Source of the DNA: an uncultured bacterium
Lineage (GTDB): Bacteria; Zhuqueibacterota; QNDG01; DTFT01
Reading direction: 5' to 3'
Length of the DNA stretch: 64,000 nucleotides
Assembly: GCA_963736115.1 (NCBI GenBank)
Contig: CAVTNR010000014.1
Coordinates: 208,371 to 272,370, forward strand
The translations under genes were made by a program, and so were the position numbers. Under the pieces are notes generated by a model. That model searched no databases. It was given only the letters and a program-made list of their open reading frames with translations, and was not told the DNA's origin. Position 1 is the first letter of the stretch. The number at the start of each line of letters is the position of its first letter. Below, in pieces: positions 20,185 to 30,479 of this stretch.

Positions 20185-21597
20185 ATGAGCAAGAAAGACA
20201 TCGGCATCGTCGGCCTGGGCGTGATGGGCGAGAACCTGGCCCTCAATTTCTCCAACCACGGCTATTCGGTAGCCGGCACGGACCTGGACGCGGGCAAGCG
20301 GAACCGTTTCGCGGAACGCACCGCCGGACGGAACGCAGCGGCGCATCCGGACCTTGCGTCCTTCTGCGTCGACCTGTCCGTGCCGAAAAAAATTTTGATG
20401 ATGGTTCCGGCCGGAAAAGCCGTGGACCAGCTGATCGACCAGTTGAAACCGCTTCTGAAACCGGGAGATGTTCTGATCGACGGCGGTAATTCCCTGTTCC
20501 TGGACACGGAGCGGCGGATCCGCTCCCTGGAGGGCACAGGGATCCTCTATGTCGGCACCGGGGTCAGCGGCGGGGAGGAAGGAGCCCTCAAAGGGCCCTC
20601 CATCATGCCGGGAGGCAATCCGGACGCCTGGCCGGTCGTCAAACCCCTTTTTCAGGCCATTGCGGCGAAAACGCCGGACGGCACGCCCTGCTGTGAATGG
20701 ATCGGGTCCGGAGGCGCGGGCCATTTCGTGAAGATGGTGCACAATGGCATCGAGTACGGCGATATGCAGATGATCGGGGAATCCTTCGCCCTTCTTGAAA
20801 CCCTGCTCGGCATGAAAACGGAGGAGATGGCGGGCGTTTTCGACGAGTGGAACCGCGGCGACCTGAACAGTTATCTCATCGAGATCACGGGCCGGATTCT
20901 GAAGCAGAAGGACCCGGAGACCGGGAAGCCCATGGTCCATGTCATACTCGACGCGGCCGGCCAGAAGGGAACGGGAAAATGGACAAGCCAGACCGCGCTG
21001 GATCTGGGCGCTCCGGCCCAGACTATCGCTGAGGCTGTTTTCGCCCGGTGCCTGTCGGCGTTGAAGGATGAACGGGTCGCGGCCTCCGGAATACTCGCTG
21101 GTCCTTCCAGCCGCTTTTCCGGCGATCGCGCGGTTTTCGTCGGAAACGTGCGGGAAGCCCTGTATGCCTCGAAAATCTGCTCCTACTCGCAGGGCTTCCA
21201 ACTGCTCCGGGCCGCGGACAAGGAGTACAAATGGCGCCTGAATTTCGGCGCCATCGCCCTGCTCTGGCGCGCGGGATGCATCATCCGGGCCCAGTTCCTC
21301 GACAAAATAAAGGAGGCGTTCGACGCCGAACCCGGACTGAAAAATCTGCTGCTTGCGCCGTATTTCCGGTCCGTGATGGCCGGCTGCCAGGATTCCTGGC
21401 GGACCGTGGTCAGCGAAGCCGCGAAGACCGGCGTTCCGGTCCCGACCTTCTCGAGCGCGCTCGCCTATTACGACGGCTACCGGTCCGCGGTTCTGCCCGC
21501 GAACCTGCTCCAGGCCCAGCGGGATTTCTTCGGCGCGCACACGTATGAGCGCACGGACCGGCCGCGCGGACAATTCTTCCATACGGAGTGGACATGA
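20185..21597 (+). CDS. gnd: NADP-dependent 6-phosphogluconate dehydrogenase (decarboxylating)
   Basis: GLGVMG, VSGGEEGA, VKMVHNGIEYGDMQ and QAQRDFFGAHTYER motifs. Confidence 0.97.
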   Translation: MSKKDIGIVGLGVMGENLALNFSNHGYSVAGTDLDAGKRNRFAERTAGRNAAAHPDLASFCVDLSVPKKILMMVPAGKAVDQLIDQLKPLLKPGDVLIDGGNSLFLDTERRIRSLEGTGILYVGTGVSGGEEGALKGPSIMPGGNPDAWPVVKPLFQAIAAKTPDGTPCCEWIGSGGAGHFVKMVHNGIEYGDMQMIGESFALLETLLGMKTEEMAGVFDEWNRGDLNSYLIEITGRILKQKDPETGKPMVHVILDAAGQKGTGKWTSQTALDLGAPAQTIAEAVFARCLSALKDERVAASGILAGPSSRFSGDRAVFVGNVREALYASKICSYSQGFQLLRAADKEYKWRLNFGAIALLWRAGCIIRAQFLDKIKEAFDAEPGLKNLLLAPYFRSVMAGCQDSWRTVVSEAAKTGVPVPTFSSALAYYDGYRSAVLPANLLQAQRDFFGAHTYERTDRPRGQFFHTEWT

Positions 21598-22850
21598 CCG
21601 CCGTCGCCATGCGCCGCGAGACCGGGCCCGGCCTCGGCCGGCCGGACCTGGAGGATTTCTGCCGGCGGACTTTCGAAGGCCGGTCCGTGGAAGGCAGGCG
21701 GCTCCTGTTCGTCGTGCCGGATTCCACGCGGACCTGCCCGGTCGGGGACCTGTTCCGCATCCTTCATGATCTTCTCGGACCGAGCGCGGCCGCCCTGGAT
21801 TTCCTCATCGCGCTCGGCACGCACCCGGCCATGCCGGAAGAATGCATCCTGCGGCATTTCGGAATCGACCGTTCCGAGCGGGAGGGACAGTTTGCTAAAG
21901 TCGGGATATTCAACCATGAATGGAACAACCCGGACGCCCTGACCGAGGTCGGGGTGATTTCCGGACGCGAGCTGGCCGGTTTATCCGGGGGCCGGATCGA
22001 CCGGGATGTGCCCGTCCGGGTGAACCGCCGTCTGTTCGACTACGATCTTGTGACCGTGGTGGGCCCGGTTTTTCCGCATGAAGTGGTCGGATTTTCCGGC
22101 GGCAACAAGTACTTTTTCCCGGGGGTCGCGGGAGCGGAAATTATCGACACCTTCCACTGGCTGGGCGCGTTGATCACCAACCGGGAGATCAACGGCACCC
22201 GCGACACGCCTGTGCGGCGCGTCATCGACAGGGCCGCATCCCTGCTGCCGTTCGAGAAGCTCTGCCTGGCGCTCGTCATGGAAGGGAAGACGGTGCGGGG
22301 CGTTTTCTCCGGATCTCCGGAGGACGCTTTCCATGAAGCGGCCGGACTGTCTGACCGCGTCAATGTGCTCTACAAGGAGAAGCCCTTCCGCCGCGTCCTG
22401 TCCTGCGCGCCGGAGATGTACGACGATCTCTGGACCGCGGGCAAGTGCATGTACAAGCTGGAACCGGTGGTTGCGGACGGCGGCGAACTGGTGATCTACG
22501 CGCCGCACGTCAAAGAAGTGTCAGTCACGCACGGCGCGATTCTGCGCAGAATCGGCTATCATGTGCGCGACTATTTCACGGCCCAGCCCGGCCGTTTTGA
22601 CGATATCCCGGGGGGCGTCATGGCCCACTCGACCCATGTCAAGGGCGTCGGGACCTATGCGGACGGCGTTGAAACGCCCCGCATCAAGGTAACCCTGGCC
22701 ACCGGCATACCGGAATCCGTATGCCGGGAAATCAATCTCGATTACCTGGATTGGAGAAGCGTCCGCGTCGATGACTGGAAAGACCGTGAACAGGAAGGCA
22801 TCCTGCTGGTTCCGAAAGCCGGAGAAGTCCTGTTCAAGCTGAAGCCGTGA
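21594..22850 (+). CDS. LarA (nickel-pincer lactate racemase) superfamily racemase/epimerase
   Basis: PDSTR, IALGTH and PHEVVGFSGGNK motifs; ATG overlaps the gnd stop. Confidence 0.85.
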   Translation: MTAVAMRRETGPGLGRPDLEDFCRRTFEGRSVEGRRLLFVVPDSTRTCPVGDLFRILHDLLGPSAAALDFLIALGTHPAMPEECILRHFGIDRSEREGQFAKVGIFNHEWNNPDALTEVGVISGRELAGLSGGRIDRDVPVRVNRRLFDYDLVTVVGPVFPHEVVGFSGGNKYFFPGVAGAEIIDTFHWLGALITNREINGTRDTPVRRVIDRAASLLPFEKLCLALVMEGKTVRGVFSGSPEDAFHEAAGLSDRVNVLYKEKPFRRVLSCAPEMYDDLWTAGKCMYKLEPVVADGGELVIYAPHVKEVSVTHGAILRRIGYHVRDYFTAQPGRFDDIPGGVMAHSTHVKGVGTYADGVETPRIKVTLATGIPESVCREINLDYLDWRSVRVDDWKDREQEGILLVPKAGEVLFKLKP

Positions 22851-22955
22851 ACCGGATTTACGGCGTCGGCTCCCCGGCAGACAGCCCGCCGCGAGTCCGG
22901 CCGAGTCAACAACCGCTCGCGAAGTGCGGAGTTGAAAGTTCATTCAAAATCACAC

Positions 22956-22990
22956 GTAGGGCGCCCGTGAAACGGACGCCCTATTTCTTT
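22956..22990 (+). terminator. GTAG-REP-like hairpin, probable terminator of the sugar-acid operon
   Basis: GTAGGGCGCCCGT-GAA-ACGGACGCCCTA followed by TTTCTTT. Confidence 0.55.
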
Positions 22991-23012
22991 ACAATTGTTT
23001 ACATTAAATGAA

Positions 23013-23041
23013 TTGACAAGAAATCCTTTTTCCCGTACTTT
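23013..23041 (+). promoter_or_regulatory. Sigma70-type promoter for GH3
   Basis: TTGACA-17 nt-TACTTT. Confidence 0.6.
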
Positions 23042-23156
23042 GATCGGGGACAGAAGCGTTCCCGGATGGGATGAGCGGTCAGGATTCGGGGGCAGGGAAG
23101 AGCCGGCGCCTCAGGCCGCCGGCCCGCTGGACGCATCGATTGAAAGGGAACCCGAT

Positions 23157-25337
23157 ATGCGTATGTTCGGAATGAGAGTCACGGCGGTCGTGGTTGGACT
23201 GATCTTCGGAGCCCCGTTGTCCCGGATCGCCGGTCAGCCGTCTTTTCCCTTTCAGAATCCGGATCTCCCCGTTCAGGAACGGGTGGAGGACCTGGTCTCG
23301 CGTATGACCCTCGAGGAAAAAGCCTCGCAGATGCAGGACTGGTCGCATGCGGTCCCCAGGCTCGGTATTCCGGAATACGGATGGTGGAATGAATGCCTGC
23401 ACGGCGTGGCCCGGGCCGGGATCGCGACGGTTTTTCCCCAGGCCATCGGTCTCGCCGCTACGTTCGACACGGACCTGATGCTTCAGGTCGCGACCGCGAT
23501 CTCGGACGAGGCGCGCGCCAAGCACCATGAATTCGTCCGCAACGGCAAACGGAAACGGTATCAGGGACTGACCTACTGGTCGCCCAATGTCAATATTTTC
23601 CGGGATCCCCGGTGGGGAAGGGGCCAGGAGACATACGGAGAGGATCCCTACCTGGCGGCGCGGATGGGCGTGGCGTTCGTTGCCGGGCTTCAGGGGGACG
23701 ATCCGGAATACCTGAAGCTGGTGGCCACACCCAAACACTTCGCCGTGCACAGCGGACCCGAACCGGAAAGGCACCGTTTCGACGCGGCCGCGGATCGCAG
23801 GGATCTCTATGAAACCTATCTGCCGGCCTTCAAAGCCGCTGTGACCGAAGCCGGGGCCTGGTCGATCATGGGCGCTTACAATCGCACCAACGGCGAGGCC
23901 TGCTGCGCGCACCGGCAGCTGCTCGGCACTATTCTGCGCGGCGAGTGGGGATTCAGGGGCTACGTCGTCTCCGATTGCGGCGCCATCGAGGACATCTGGC
24001 GGGGACACCGCCTCGCGCGGACCGAGGCTGAGGCTTCCGCTCTGGCCGTGAAAATGGGCTGCGATCTCGACTGCGGCCGGGAATACCATTCCCTGACGGA
24101 GGCCGTGAAAACCGGGCTGATCCAGGAGGCGGAAATCGACGTCGCGGTCAAGCGGCTCTTCGAGGCGCGTTTCAGACTCGGACTATTCGATCCGCCGGAA
24201 CGCGTGGCCTGGGCGCGGATTCCCTATGAAAAGAACGACAGTCCCGAACACCGGAGCCTCGCGCTTCAGGCAGGCCGCAAATCCATCGTTCTGCTGAAGA
24301 ACACGGACGGCCTGCTGCCGCTTTCCAGGAGCCTGAAGCGTGTTTTGGTGACCGGACCCAATGCGGACGAGGCTTCGGTGATGTACGGCAATTACAATGG
24401 CACACCCTCCTCCGCCGTGACACCCCTCGAGGGAATCCGCCAAGCTGCGTCTCCCGGCACGACCGTGATGTACGCGCCCGGATGCGACTGGACGCGTGAA
24501 GACGCGGCCGCGGCTGCCGCGGCCGTCAATTCCGCGAAGAAAGCGGACGTGGTTGTTTTCGTCGGCGGCATTTCACCCCGGCTGGAAGGCGAGGAAATGC
24601 GCGTGGACGCGCCGGGATTCCTGGGTGGCGACCGCACGGACATCCGTCTGCCGGCGGTTCAGACCGGCCTGCTCCAGGCGATTGCCGCCACTGGCAAACC
24701 CGTGGTGCTCGTTCTCCTGACCGGCAGCGCGATCGCGATTCCGTGGGAGCACGATCACCTGCAGGCCGTTCTGGTGGCCTGGTATCCGGGCCAGGCCGGC
24801 GGAACAGCACTGGCCGACGTCCTGTTCGGGGACACCAATCCAGCCGGACGGCTGCCCGTCACATTCTACCGCTCCAACGAACAATTGCCGCCGTTCGAAG
24901 ACTACCATATGGAGGGCAGGACTTACCGGTATTTCAAAGGCGAACCGCTGTATCCGTTCGGATTCGGACTGAGCTATACGACTTTCGAGTATGCCGGGCT
25001 CGCGGCGCCGAAAACAGCGGTGCCCGCGGGACAGAATGCCGAGATAGCGGTGTCCGTACGCAACACTGGGAAGGTCGCGGGAGAAGAGGTGGTCCAGTTG
25101 TATCTGAAGGACATCGAAGCAAGCACGCCCAGGCCCATTCGGTCCCTGAAGGGGTTCCGTCGCGTGCATCTGAATCCGGGCGAGTCGAAAACCGTCTCCT
25201 TCGCGATCACGCCCGAGGATCTATCCATGATCGACGCTTCCGGCAGATGGACCGTGGAGCCCGGCGTTTTCGAAGCAGCTGTCGGGCCTTCCTCCGCGGA
25301 CCTGCGGCTCAAGGCCGAATTCACGGCAGGGGAATGA
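23157..25337 (+). CDS. Glycoside hydrolase family 3 (beta-xylosidase/glucosidase) with Fn3-like domain
   Basis: WWNECLHG, RDPRWGRGQETYGEDP, KHFAVH and VVSDCGA motifs; signal-like N-terminus; start placed downstream of the promoter. Confidence 0.93.
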   Translation: MRMFGMRVTAVVVGLIFGAPLSRIAGQPSFPFQNPDLPVQERVEDLVSRMTLEEKASQMQDWSHAVPRLGIPEYGWWNECLHGVARAGIATVFPQAIGLAATFDTDLMLQVATAISDEARAKHHEFVRNGKRKRYQGLTYWSPNVNIFRDPRWGRGQETYGEDPYLAARMGVAFVAGLQGDDPEYLKLVATPKHFAVHSGPEPERHRFDAAADRRDLYETYLPAFKAAVTEAGAWSIMGAYNRTNGEACCAHRQLLGTILRGEWGFRGYVVSDCGAIEDIWRGHRLARTEAEASALAVKMGCDLDCGREYHSLTEAVKTGLIQEAEIDVAVKRLFEARFRLGLFDPPERVAWARIPYEKNDSPEHRSLALQAGRKSIVLLKNTDGLLPLSRSLKRVLVTGPNADEASVMYGNYNGTPSSAVTPLEGIRQAASPGTTVMYAPGCDWTREDAAAAAAAVNSAKKADVVVFVGGISPRLEGEEMRVDAPGFLGGDRTDIRLPAVQTGLLQAIAATGKPVVLVLLTGSAIAIPWEHDHLQAVLVAWYPGQAGGTALADVLFGDTNPAGRLPVTFYRSNEQLPPFEDYHMEGRTYRYFKGEPLYPFGFGLSYTTFEYAGLAAPKTAVPAGQNAEIAVSVRNTGKVAGEEVVQLYLKDIEASTPRPIRSLKGFRRVHLNPGESKTVSFAITPEDLSMIDASGRWTVEPGVFEAAVGPSSADLRLKAEFTAGE

Positions 25338-25537
25338 CCGTGCCGGCCGGGCCCGCCGCGGAAAAACAGGAATCAGGCAGTTGACCTCACAGCCGCCGCG
25401 GACGCTCCGCTGGCGGCTGTTTATTTCCGGCTTGAAATTCATTGCGTCTTTCAGGCGCGTTGTTTATATTGAACGTTGGGCATGCGCAAAGCGCTCTCCC
25501 ATCCGGAACCCGTCATTTATCAAGAGAAGGAAACCCC

Positions 25538-26239
25538 ATGAACGGCAAACGGCTCATCGCGCTCGTCTTTCTCTGCGCCGCGTCCCTTTTCGGCGGAGAA
25601 CGGAATGTTTACTACCTGCATACGGGCACCTCCATGCCTCTGGCACCTGAGGCTTTCAAGGACTCCTACTCCCAGGGTTTCAACGTCGGTCTGGCGGCCG
25701 GAAGGCGCCTGACCCGCAGCTTCGAAGTCCAGACCATGCTCCATCTGAACAGCGCCGCTTTTGACAACCGGGGCTACATGAACGCAGACCCGGACATTGT
25801 CGCATTCACGGTCGCAAACGGCGCGGATCCGGATGTGGATATAGAAGGAGGCGACGCCACGGTCTGGAACCTGACTTTCAACGCCAAGCTGGCTTTTCCG
25901 TCCGGAAGCGGCGGCAAGGCGGAGCCTTACATCATGGCCGGCGCCGGTCTGTTCGGCCTGCGCAAGGGGAAGATCGAAATCAACGATTACCAGCAGCAAC
26001 TGCCCGAATCGACCGGACGCATCGTACGCCCGGCGGCAAGCGAAACGGTTCTCGGCGTCACCGCCGGCTTCGGCGTCGAGGTGATGCTCGACCGCCGTTC
26101 GAACTTCTTCTTCGAGCTGTCGCCCTGTATCGGGTTTACGTCCGGGGATCCGACCGTCCTGGTCCCCGTGAAATTCGGAATCTCGGTTCACGGAAAAACC
26201 GCGGTCGGCATCCAGGTGACGAATCCGGACTATCCATGA
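25538..26239 (+). CDS. Outer-membrane beta-barrel domain protein
   Basis: Signal peptide; alternating amphipathic strands (PYIMAGAGLF, GVTAGFGVEV, VPVKFGISV). Confidence 0.6.
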   Translation: MNGKRLIALVFLCAASLFGGERNVYYLHTGTSMPLAPEAFKDSYSQGFNVGLAAGRRLTRSFEVQTMLHLNSAAFDNRGYMNADPDIVAFTVANGADPDVDIEGGDATVWNLTFNAKLAFPSGSGGKAEPYIMAGAGLFGLRKGKIEINDYQQQLPESTGRIVRPAASETVLGVTAGFGVEVMLDRRSNFFFELSPCIGFTSGDPTVLVPVKFGISVHGKTAVGIQVTNPDYP

Positions 26240-26280
26240 CGTCGAAGTCCGACACGCACCCATTCGGAAAGGCCATTGCC

Positions 26281-27966
26281 ATGTCGAAGAACATCGCTTT
26301 TTTTGCGGCGTCGATCTTGATGGCTGCCGCAGTCATGTTCCTGTCCGTTTCCGCCGTCGGCCAGACCCGCCTGACCTGCGTCGGCAACAGCATCACTGAG
26401 GGAGCCGGTTTGAGCAATCCCCAGACGGACAGTTATCCGGCCCAGGCCGCGGCCATGCTGGGTTCGACCTGGTCCATCCGTAATGCGGGCGTCTCCGGCC
26501 GCACCATGCTGAAGCAGGGTGACTATCCCCTCTGGGTGGAAACCAAGTTCAATCAGGGGCTGAACTTCAATCCCGACACAGTCACCATCTGCCTCGGGAC
26601 CAATGACAGCAAACCGTACAACTGGGTCTACAAGGACCAGTTCACCGCCGACTATGCGGCGATGATCGATACCTTCCGGGCGCAACCCGCCGGTCCGCTT
26701 GTCTATGTCTGCATCCCGCCCCCGGCTTTCAGCCCGGCATACGACATCAGCGACTCGGTTCTCACGAACGACATAATCCCCATGATCCGGCAGACCGCCG
26801 CAGACAAGGACTGCCCGATCATTGATTTCCGCGCGCCCCTGCTGGGCCGTCCGGATCTGCTGCCGGACGGGATCCATCCCAATATCGAGGGATCCGGGAT
26901 CATGGCCAAGGTGCTCTGGGAAACGATGACCGGACGGAGCATCGTACGGGTGAAGGACGAAGACGCGGCCGCGGGCCGGCCCGTTGCTGCAAGCGGCTCC
27001 GTCGATCCGGCTCTATACGGCGCTGCCAACCTGGTGGACGCAGATGACCGGACTTTCTGGGTCGCAGTCGGATTCCCCTCGCAGGTCGTGGTGGATCTGG
27101 GTTCCGTCCAGACGGTCGACCTGTTCCGGGTGGGATTCGGTGACGCGGCCGGAACGGGTCTCGGCTACACGGTCGAAACCGCCGTCGCATCCGGCGTCTG
27201 GTCCGAAGCCGTGGACCGGTCCTCGCGGACCGACACCGCGGCCGTGGCGCTCGACCAGACGGATCCGGTCCAGGCTCGGTACGTGCGGCTCACCGTGACC
27301 GGCGCGTCCCATCCGGACGGCGACACGGTCCGCGTATCGGACTTCCGTGTGCTCAAGGAGAACGGAAGCGCGCATGCGCCTGTGTTCTACACCCGCCGGA
27401 CGTCCACGACGGCCACGACCATGAAATTCGATGTTCATCTGGTTTATCCGAACGGGGCGGATGGATGCAGCATGTTCTTCAAGCAGGCCGGGGAGGACGC
27501 GGCATACACGGCGCTGTGGGGATTCAAAGCAGGCGCTGACTACCGGTACCGGGACACGATCCGGCTCGGCAAGAAGAACGGATATTTCGCGATCTCCTTC
27601 CGCGACGGCGTGGAGGTGGTTTCGGACACGGTCTGGGCGGAAGCCAGGACGAGCGGCGTGGAGGAGAGCCGGGAGAGCTCGAAGCCGTCCCGATGCGTTC
27701 TGCACGAAGCCTACCCCAATCCCTTCAACCCCAGCACAACCGTGACCTGGGAACTCCCGCGTCCTGCGGATGCGTCTGTCCGCGTATTCGATGTGAGCGG
27801 TCGTGAGGTGGCGGCTCTGGCGAACGGGCCCGCGGATGCAGGCAGACACCGTACGATATGGAACGGACAGGATGCATCCGGACATCTCGTCCCAGCGGGC
27901 GTTTACATTGTGCGTTTGTTTGCGGACGGAGCTGCGCAAAGCAGGAAAATCGTACTGGTGAAGTAA
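26281..27966 (+). CDS. Secreted SGNH/GDSL esterase + discoidin (F5/8, CBM32-like) + FlgD-Ig/T9SS-like C-terminal domain
   Basis: GNSITEG, NAGVSG, LGTND, DGIHP; ARYVRL; YPNPFNP...RKIVLVK tail. Confidence 0.88.
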   Translation: MSKNIAFFAASILMAAAVMFLSVSAVGQTRLTCVGNSITEGAGLSNPQTDSYPAQAAAMLGSTWSIRNAGVSGRTMLKQGDYPLWVETKFNQGLNFNPDTVTICLGTNDSKPYNWVYKDQFTADYAAMIDTFRAQPAGPLVYVCIPPPAFSPAYDISDSVLTNDIIPMIRQTAADKDCPIIDFRAPLLGRPDLLPDGIHPNIEGSGIMAKVLWETMTGRSIVRVKDEDAAAGRPVAASGSVDPALYGAANLVDADDRTFWVAVGFPSQVVVDLGSVQTVDLFRVGFGDAAGTGLGYTVETAVASGVWSEAVDRSSRTDTAAVALDQTDPVQARYVRLTVTGASHPDGDTVRVSDFRVLKENGSAHAPVFYTRRTSTTATTMKFDVHLVYPNGADGCSMFFKQAGEDAAYTALWGFKAGADYRYRDTIRLGKKNGYFAISFRDGVEVVSDTVWAEARTSGVEESRESSKPSRCVLHEAYPNPFNPSTTVTWELPRPADASVRVFDVSGREVAALANGPADAGRHRTIWNGQDASGHLVPAGVYIVRLFADGAAQSRKIVLVK

Positions 27967-28118
27967 AGCACCAAGCACAAAGCATAGAGCTTCAGTCAGT
28001 GATTTGAAGAATATCTGAGAGTTGGGATTGCTTCGATCGGGAGTCCAGAAGCCTGGTCATTCTGGTTCCAGTTTTCCTGGATGATCGAAGATTGGGTTTC
28101 TGACCGCTCCGACGGGTC

Positions 28119-28328
28119 GGATTCTCCGGCCCCGCGATGCGGGAACAAGCTGCAGATGCGGGCTAATGAAGACTTCGCCGGACCCAGTAATGAGATTTGT
28201 TCATTAGTGAAGGCCCTCCGCTTGTCTTCAACAAGCAGGGATATAATAGCTTGATCCCGCAAAGCGGGGCCTTCAAACAGAAGCCATATAAAAGATTGGT
28301 CCCGCGAAGCGGGCGACGGAGTTCTTCA
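28119..28328 (-). mobile_element. GCAAGC-hairpin element carrying four nested ~44 bp mini-units
   Basis: Removing units 28270-28313, 28225-28268 and 28125-28213 (itself containing 28130-28172) leaves TGAAGAACTCCGTCG-C-CAAGCGGAGGG-GAATCC, similar to the 5' end of the element at 50161. Confidence 0.6.
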
Positions 28329-28380
28329 TTATCGAAAGGCCTGGATTCGGATTGGATCGGATCCGGGCCTTTTTATGTGT

Positions 28381-30090
28381 TTACCGCGCCGTTTTCCCTA
28401 TCACCCGGAAATTGAATTCGTACGAGAGACTGCGGCTCCAATTTTCGTCGAACAGCGTGTTGAACCGCGTCCCGTCATTGGGGCCCACGGGCTTGCCGTA
28501 CGTGAAGAACCAGTTGATCACCGGGCTTCCTGAATAGCACAGCACCATCCAGTACCGTCCGGCCGCCAGTTCCGGGGCGCGCCCGGAGAAAGCGAAATCC
28601 ATCCAGTCGTAGCCCGCGGCCGGTTTCATGGATCCGACAGGGATCAGGTCGCTCGTTTCAATGAGACCGCCGGGTTTTCCCGCTCCGTCGTCCCGAAGCA
28701 CTTCCAGCCAGAGACTGCCCGATCCCCCGAACGGGTGCAGGGCGAGTCCGATTTGCTCGATCCGCATGGGCCGGTTCAGAATAAAGGTCTGTGCGTACCG
28801 CTCGCCGCGGCCGGTGACGTATTCCGCGGTTTCCACCACGAAGCTCCGGTTGATTGTGAACTCATCGTCCGAGCCGGAACCCCGGGCCTGCCGGAATCCG
28901 GAGAAATCCTCGCCCCTGGGATATTCCAGATTGCCCGTCGTGTCCGGCATGCTAAAATCCGGACGATCGGCCGGAACCGGTTCCGCGACCGGAGCGGCTT
29001 CCTGTTCGGGGACGAATGCGACATTTTCGAACCCGGCTTCGACGGCCGGTGAGAATAGCAGTTTTTTCGGACCGTAGGACTGCCGCGCGGCGAAGAGATC
29101 CACCCGGTCCTGAACGAACTCGGCGTCCACAATCTCCTGGAACAACGGCATTTGAAGGCTGCCGGGGGAGCGTTTCCAGCGGATGGAACCGTCATTGACG
29201 GTCTCTTCGTTGTCCAGGCCGGTTTCCACCCGGATGAAACGGTTGCTCACGAACAGTTCGCTCTGCTGGGGGTCGAAGGGCACCCACCCGAGGTCCGGGA
29301 AATACACCTCGATCCAGGAATGCCGGCCCTGGGCCATGCGCATGGCGAATGTCCCGCCGGACATTTTCATATCATAGGGTTGTTTCAGCGTCACGCCGTT
29401 CACGATCCGGACGGGAATGCCGACGGCGCGCATCATCGTCGCGGCCAGATGGCTGTAGTTCTGGCAGTTGCCTTTTCCTGTTTTCAGGGACCAGACGGCG
29501 TCGTAACGCTCCGGATTCTGGACGTAATTCACGCGGTCCACGAGCCAGGAGAGAATGCGCTGGACCGCGTCGAATTCGGTCCGGCTGGATGCGGTCAGGC
29601 GGCGCGCCTGCTTCAGAATTTCCGGGTGCGCGCTGGGTATCATCTTGGTGGGTTGAAGGTAAGGCCGGACATCCGGAGCGAGGCCGGTCAGGGGAAAGGG
29701 CGCCGACGCCTTCAGGGGTTTCAGGTCCGTCCGATTGACGGCTGTGCAGGTCAGGGTCGCGCGGACCGTGTTCCGCGGATTTTCCCATTCCACTTCAAGG
29801 ATCTCATTGCCTCTTGAATCGATCCGGTTTTTCCTCGAAGACGGCGGGACCGAGAAACGGATATCAAAATCCCGGATGACCTGGGTATAGCCGGGGGAAG
29901 TAAAACTTTTCGGCGTCACATAACTCATCACGAGCCGCGATACGCCGTCTCCCGGCATGAAATTCTGGGTCATGACATAGCGGATCTCGGAGGACTGACC
30001 GCCGTTGAGAAGATACTGCTCGGCATATCCTGCGGAGCAGAACGCGAGCATCCAGGCTATCAGCAGGTTCAGTCTCATGGGGTCTCCCAT
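28381..30090 (-). CDS. Secreted transglutaminase-like domain protein
   Basis: GNCQNYSHL, GIPVRIVNG and HSWIEVYFPDLGWVPFDP (Cys-His-Asp); signal peptide; start may be 30078. Confidence 0.88.
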   Translation of the reverse strand: MGDPMRLNLLIAWMLAFCSAGYAEQYLLNGGQSSEIRYVMTQNFMPGDGVSRLVMSYVTPKSFTSPGYTQVIRDFDIRFSVPPSSRKNRIDSRGNEILEVEWENPRNTVRATLTCTAVNRTDLKPLKASAPFPLTGLAPDVRPYLQPTKMIPSAHPEILKQARRLTASSRTEFDAVQRILSWLVDRVNYVQNPERYDAVWSLKTGKGNCQNYSHLAATMMRAVGIPVRIVNGVTLKQPYDMKMSGGTFAMRMAQGRHSWIEVYFPDLGWVPFDPQQSELFVSNRFIRVETGLDNEETVNDGSIRWKRSPGSLQMPLFQEIVDAEFVQDRVDLFAARQSYGPKKLLFSPAVEAGFENVAFVPEQEAAPVAEPVPADRPDFSMPDTTGNLEYPRGEDFSGFRQARGSGSDDEFTINRSFVVETAEYVTGRGERYAQTFILNRPMRIEQIGLALHPFGGSGSLWLEVLRDDGAGKPGGLIETSDLIPVGSMKPAAGYDWMDFAFSGRAPELAAGRYWMVLCYSGSPVINWFFTYGKPVGPNDGTRFNTLFDENWSRSLSYEFNFRVIGKTAR

Positions 30091-30479
30091 TGCATTTATT
30101 GCACCGGGTTTCGCGTCGGATCGGATGCCGGATGATCATTCGACCGTCCAATGGAGCAGGACGGTGCGTATCGACGCGTTTTATCCCGTAGATTACACAT
30201 TCATGGACATTTTCGCAAGCCGTTTGTTCGTCTTCGACCGCCAATCTGTATTTTAATCTGGCATTTGTGACGAATTTTAACTATATTTTCAGGATAATAA
30301 CGGCTTTATGCGTCTTTTCGCATCGCGTTTCTCCGGACTCAGGGACGGCTGCGGACAGGGTATGTGCATTGGGCCGCTGGATCCCACGCTCCGCAAGGCG
30401 GCGCGGCGTCCGGCAAACGGTTCTTTCGGGCGGTGCGTTCCGCCATCACAGTCCAGCGGCGTTCCGGTTCCCGGCAGGA

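Noticed and set aside
20113-21582. 489 aa minus-strand ORF
   Set aside because: Antisense shadow of gnd
28125-28313. CRISPR mini-array (ATTGAAG-like ends, ~20 nt variable parts)
   Set aside because: Units are in mixed orientation and nested, the cores resemble each other, and there are no cas genes or leader
27996-28415. Short ORFs 27996-28262 (-) and 28197-28415 (+)
   Set aside because: They run through the repeat mosaic and show no protein-like features or RBS
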